Positions 60,514 through 64,000 of a stretch of 64,000 nucleotides of DNA are shown one piece after another (position 1 is the stretch's first letter; each line of letters opens with the position of its first letter). A program made the translations under genes and the position numbers. This stretch comes from Squalus acanthias (taxonomy: Eukaryota): NCBI GenBank assembly GCA_030390025.1, contig CM059434.1, positions 131,502,001-131,566,000 of the forward strand. The letters run 5' to 3'. The notes below the pieces were generated by a model. That model did no database searches and had not been told where the DNA came from. It saw only the letters and a program-made list of their open reading frames with translations.

Positions 60514-63500
60514 CTGGTTATAAAATGAAAGGCAGAGAGATAGATTAGCAATGGAATCCGACTGATGCGAGATCAGTGTGCAACTGAACCATCCAGATTT
60601 CAAAGCTACTAAAACTATCTTACACCAGTATTTCTAAACATAAAGATAGCTTTCTAGAAATCAATTACGATCTTTTTAAAGGATACCAAATACTTGCATA
60701 TTTTCATTTTCACCCAATCGCTGATGTTTCTTCATTTTTCGCAGTCTGGTAAACCACACTTCTGCGTGTTAAATGTAATCTTTTCCTCCTTCCAGATTGT
60801 GTTTTCCTCTTGGTCCTCGGACTCCAATCTAACCCGCCCACCCTGTTCCATCCCGAGCCGAGCCGAGCCGAGCCGAGCCGCGCCATCCTCTCCCCGCTGC
60901 TGTTTCAGCCTTGCTGCTGTTTTTTTTTTGCCTTTTTCAGGCATTCTCCAGCCTAACTCCACTCCAGCATCTACCGCCGTTTGCTTAATTTTCCGGTCAC
61001 TCAACCACCCTTGTCTGAGGTGGCCTTCTGTCTTTGCCTCTTGCCTCTGCCCCGTTGACTTCGTGCTGCCCCCACCCACCACTCCTGGCCTCTTGCTGTT
61101 TCTTCTTCGGCCCTGTCAGCCTTTTTAAGTTTGTTCTTTCCTCCTGCGGCCACTATCAATTGAACGAGTAAGTGATATACCACTCTCTACTACACCAACA
61201 ATTGAATCATGTCAGCTACATCAGATACCCTAACAGCTGTGATTTAAAACAATATTTCGGAGATTATTCTCAGTGTGTAAAGCAATGGATTGGTTAAACT
61301 GGGATGAATTGGATGAAAGTGATCTCTTTGGCGAGCTGTAATAGATACAATTAGTTTGCAGCAGTCTCAACCCAGTTTTGAATGGGTGCAAGTCCACTTT
61401 CATGTTCCTCTGTCTGCAGAGTATAAAAAGAACCAGTTGCATTTTGTAGATGTTAATGCAATAGATTTGAAATTGGTGTTTGTGTCATGATTTTCCTTTC
61501 GACTACTTCATTTTCAAATCTGCTAGATTAGCAGTAAAGAGCTGGCCAATAAGCACTCACCTTTATTAAGACAGTAAAGTGCCATTTAAATAGTTTAATG
61601 GCACAATTTGCACAAATCCAGCTGTGAAATGTGAACATATCTGATTGTTGACAATCAACAGGGAATGTGCAAAATGCGTTTCATGGGAACCATATTCAAA
61701 GCAGCCATGCGAGGACAGAAAGACTCGCCTCTGCAGCAAAGCTCAGCTGGTCTATAAGTTCAAAATAAAACATTCCTGAACCATGACCAGTTCCTTCCGT
61801 CAATTCAAATCCTGATACAACACCATTGTTAGCCAGGACTCTGACCTGACCCAGCTGTAAGGCTTGACTCTGCTGTCAGTCCAGACCCTGATCTGCCTTC
61901 TCTCTCAGCTGATTTCACTGTCAGCCTGAATGGATCTCAGTGTCAGCCTGGACCCCAGCACAGCCACTCTGTCCACTGGGACCCCAATGTGACCCTGTCT
62001 TTAACCCAGACCACATCCCGACCCCACTGTCAGAACCCTAACTCTACTCTATCAGCCCTTCCCGACTGCTGTTTGATTTGGGCTAAACTACGCTTGCTTT
62101 GTTTTTCAAAGCAGTAAAAGCTACCAATAAAATTAAATCCATAATAATGAGATAAATATAGCTTAGAAATATAATTAAATAGAAAACCTCAAGTTATCAC
62201 TGTAATTCATGCTTATACTACCTTCCAATTTACCATAAATGCCAACATCCAACGGATATGCAAAAGTAATGCACAGAAAGAACAATATTCTTAGTGATAC
62301 TGCAGCTCATTAATTAAAATGCTTAGTTAAGTAAATGCACCATTAGTTGCAATAGTAAAAACACAGTAAATATTGAAAAAAAATACAGACAAGTAATCAT
62401 AAGGAGCATTTAAAAAAGAATAGTTCATCTGTTGATTTAATTTGCACTATTGGATTTCCTTATTAATGCCAGAATCAAATTAGATCTAAGGGAAAATAAT
62501 TCAACGTCCACTGTGTAACATTAGGGTATTTTAGAAAAAGTAAAATAACGATAACAATTATATTATTGTTAAAAAGCAATACTTTAAAGCAGCTACTGTT
62601 ATCAATAATAAATTGTGTATCCAACAGTGACTTCTTTTTTAAAAAATTGCTGCTATACCATAGTTTGAAAACCAATAAATAAGTAGGTAGCACAACACGC
62701 AGCCCATCCTTCTCTTAATATAACACTGTATTTACTGCACTGCTGAGTAAACTGACAGTCCTGTTTTTCTAATGTTTTTGGGGGGATTTTCATTATTTAA
62801 CAGTACCATGCGTTAGAATCTACAATTAGTACCTGTTATTTAACTAACCTTTAATCAGCACAGAATTAATCCACCTGTTAAGAATGTGATGGGGACAATG
62901 TGTACAGTTCTTGCAGATATTTCATTTTCATGGATAATTATGAAACCCCATGAGCCACCTTTAAAAACGACATCACCTTGGGAAAAATGTTGCAATTTGT
63001 CCTCCTTTCAATGTGCTGCAAAGGAAATGACCTTTGTTCTAAAATATACCAGAACGTTAAAACAAAAAACTGTGGCTGCAGGAAATCTGATGAAGAGTTA
63101 TGCTTGAAACATTAGCTTGTCACTTCTCTCCACAGGTGCCGTGCCTGACCTGCTGAGTGTTTCCAGCATTTTCTGACTTTAGAAAGTTGTTAGGCCCAAC
63201 TAATAAGGTAGAGAGATGAGTAATTTCATTGCTGTATATACAATGTGCTGAGAGGGAGTATGAGGGAAATGTTTAAAAAAAAAACCATCAAAGAGTAATT
63301 TTTTTTACTAGTATATCAGTAAAAAGTGAGGCAAAACCCACGAAGAGAGGATTGTAGATAATGATCAAAAATAGCAGGGGTATGTAAGAAGTACTCCATG
63401 TCTGTCTTTACTAAAGCGAGGATTGAGAACAAGATGAGTGATATTATGATGGATTTGTAGAACAACCAAACTTATTTCATTAGCCCAAGTTGAGGAATGC

Positions 63501-64000
63501 TAGCTGTTTCTATGTAGAATAACCTTTAAGCAGTCAAGCAACATTTTGCTTCAATTACTCCAATATTTTAAGCGTAGGAGGAAAATTATGGACATTGGTT
63601 AGTCTTGGGAAAAAGTATGTTTTTTCGCATGCTCAGAGTTTTCCTCACCGCTTTATTCATATCAATTCTGTTAAAGTTAGTCCATTGAGAAAAGTACGAT
63701 TCATTTTTAGGGCAGAGTAGAAGGAATTTTAATCTATATATAGTAATTTGATGCTGATACTGGTTGCCAGTATTCCATTCTCCAGCATTGTTATCTCAAA
63801 CATTGGTGAACACAACAGCCCTCACCCCCCAAAAAAATGAAAAGACGTAAGCAGATTGAGTGACAAACTGGTCCATTAATGGGGCAGTAATATACAGTAA
63901 TTTTCCAGCTTGTACCCTTGATGTGACTGCTGCAGTGATATTTATTTTTATTTTTACTTTTTTGCCTCCTTTTTCCACCCATTTTCTTCCTTTCTCCTCT

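Noticed and set aside
60238-60603. Mucin-like Ser/Thr/Pro ORF in the ORF track
   Set aside because: Alternative frame of the C1 exon; the Ig frame has the motifs and matching splice phases.
63791-63982. VYYC motif suggesting the missing V exon
   Set aside because: No B-strand Cys/Trp spacing, no D-x-G/A before YYC, no suitable splice sites.

Overview
Repeat-dense vertebrate DNA. The CR1 LINEs with (TTCTATG/TTCTTATG)n tails, Deu-type SINEs, Penelope pLTRs and Harbinger elements point to a cartilaginous fish (inferred from repeat content only). Most of the window is nested transposable elements. Two things stand out, and the ORF track shows neither. (1) On the minus strand is a phase-compatible four-exon 3' part of an immunoglobulin-superfamily receptor gene: a C1-set Ig exon (60199-60513), a transmembrane exon (51069-51173), a cytoplasmic exon (48619-48707) and a terminal exon with two ITIMs (44858-44965). 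Its 5' exons were not found in the window. (2) A decayed two-LTR retrovirus-like provirus (8057-17161, minus) has a tRNA-Pro-like PBS, CCHC gag and a pol ordered PR-RT-tether-RNase H-IN. In place of a full env it has an 80-codon single-pass transmembrane frame that opens at a splice acceptor just after pol. Also present: minimal hammerhead ribozymes in small Penelope-derived insertions, a MITE family carrying a conserved 91-nt intron-like cassette, a 27-bp minisatellite of about 100 copies, a three-level CR1 nest and a locally templated inverted insertion. All calls were made by eye, with no database search.
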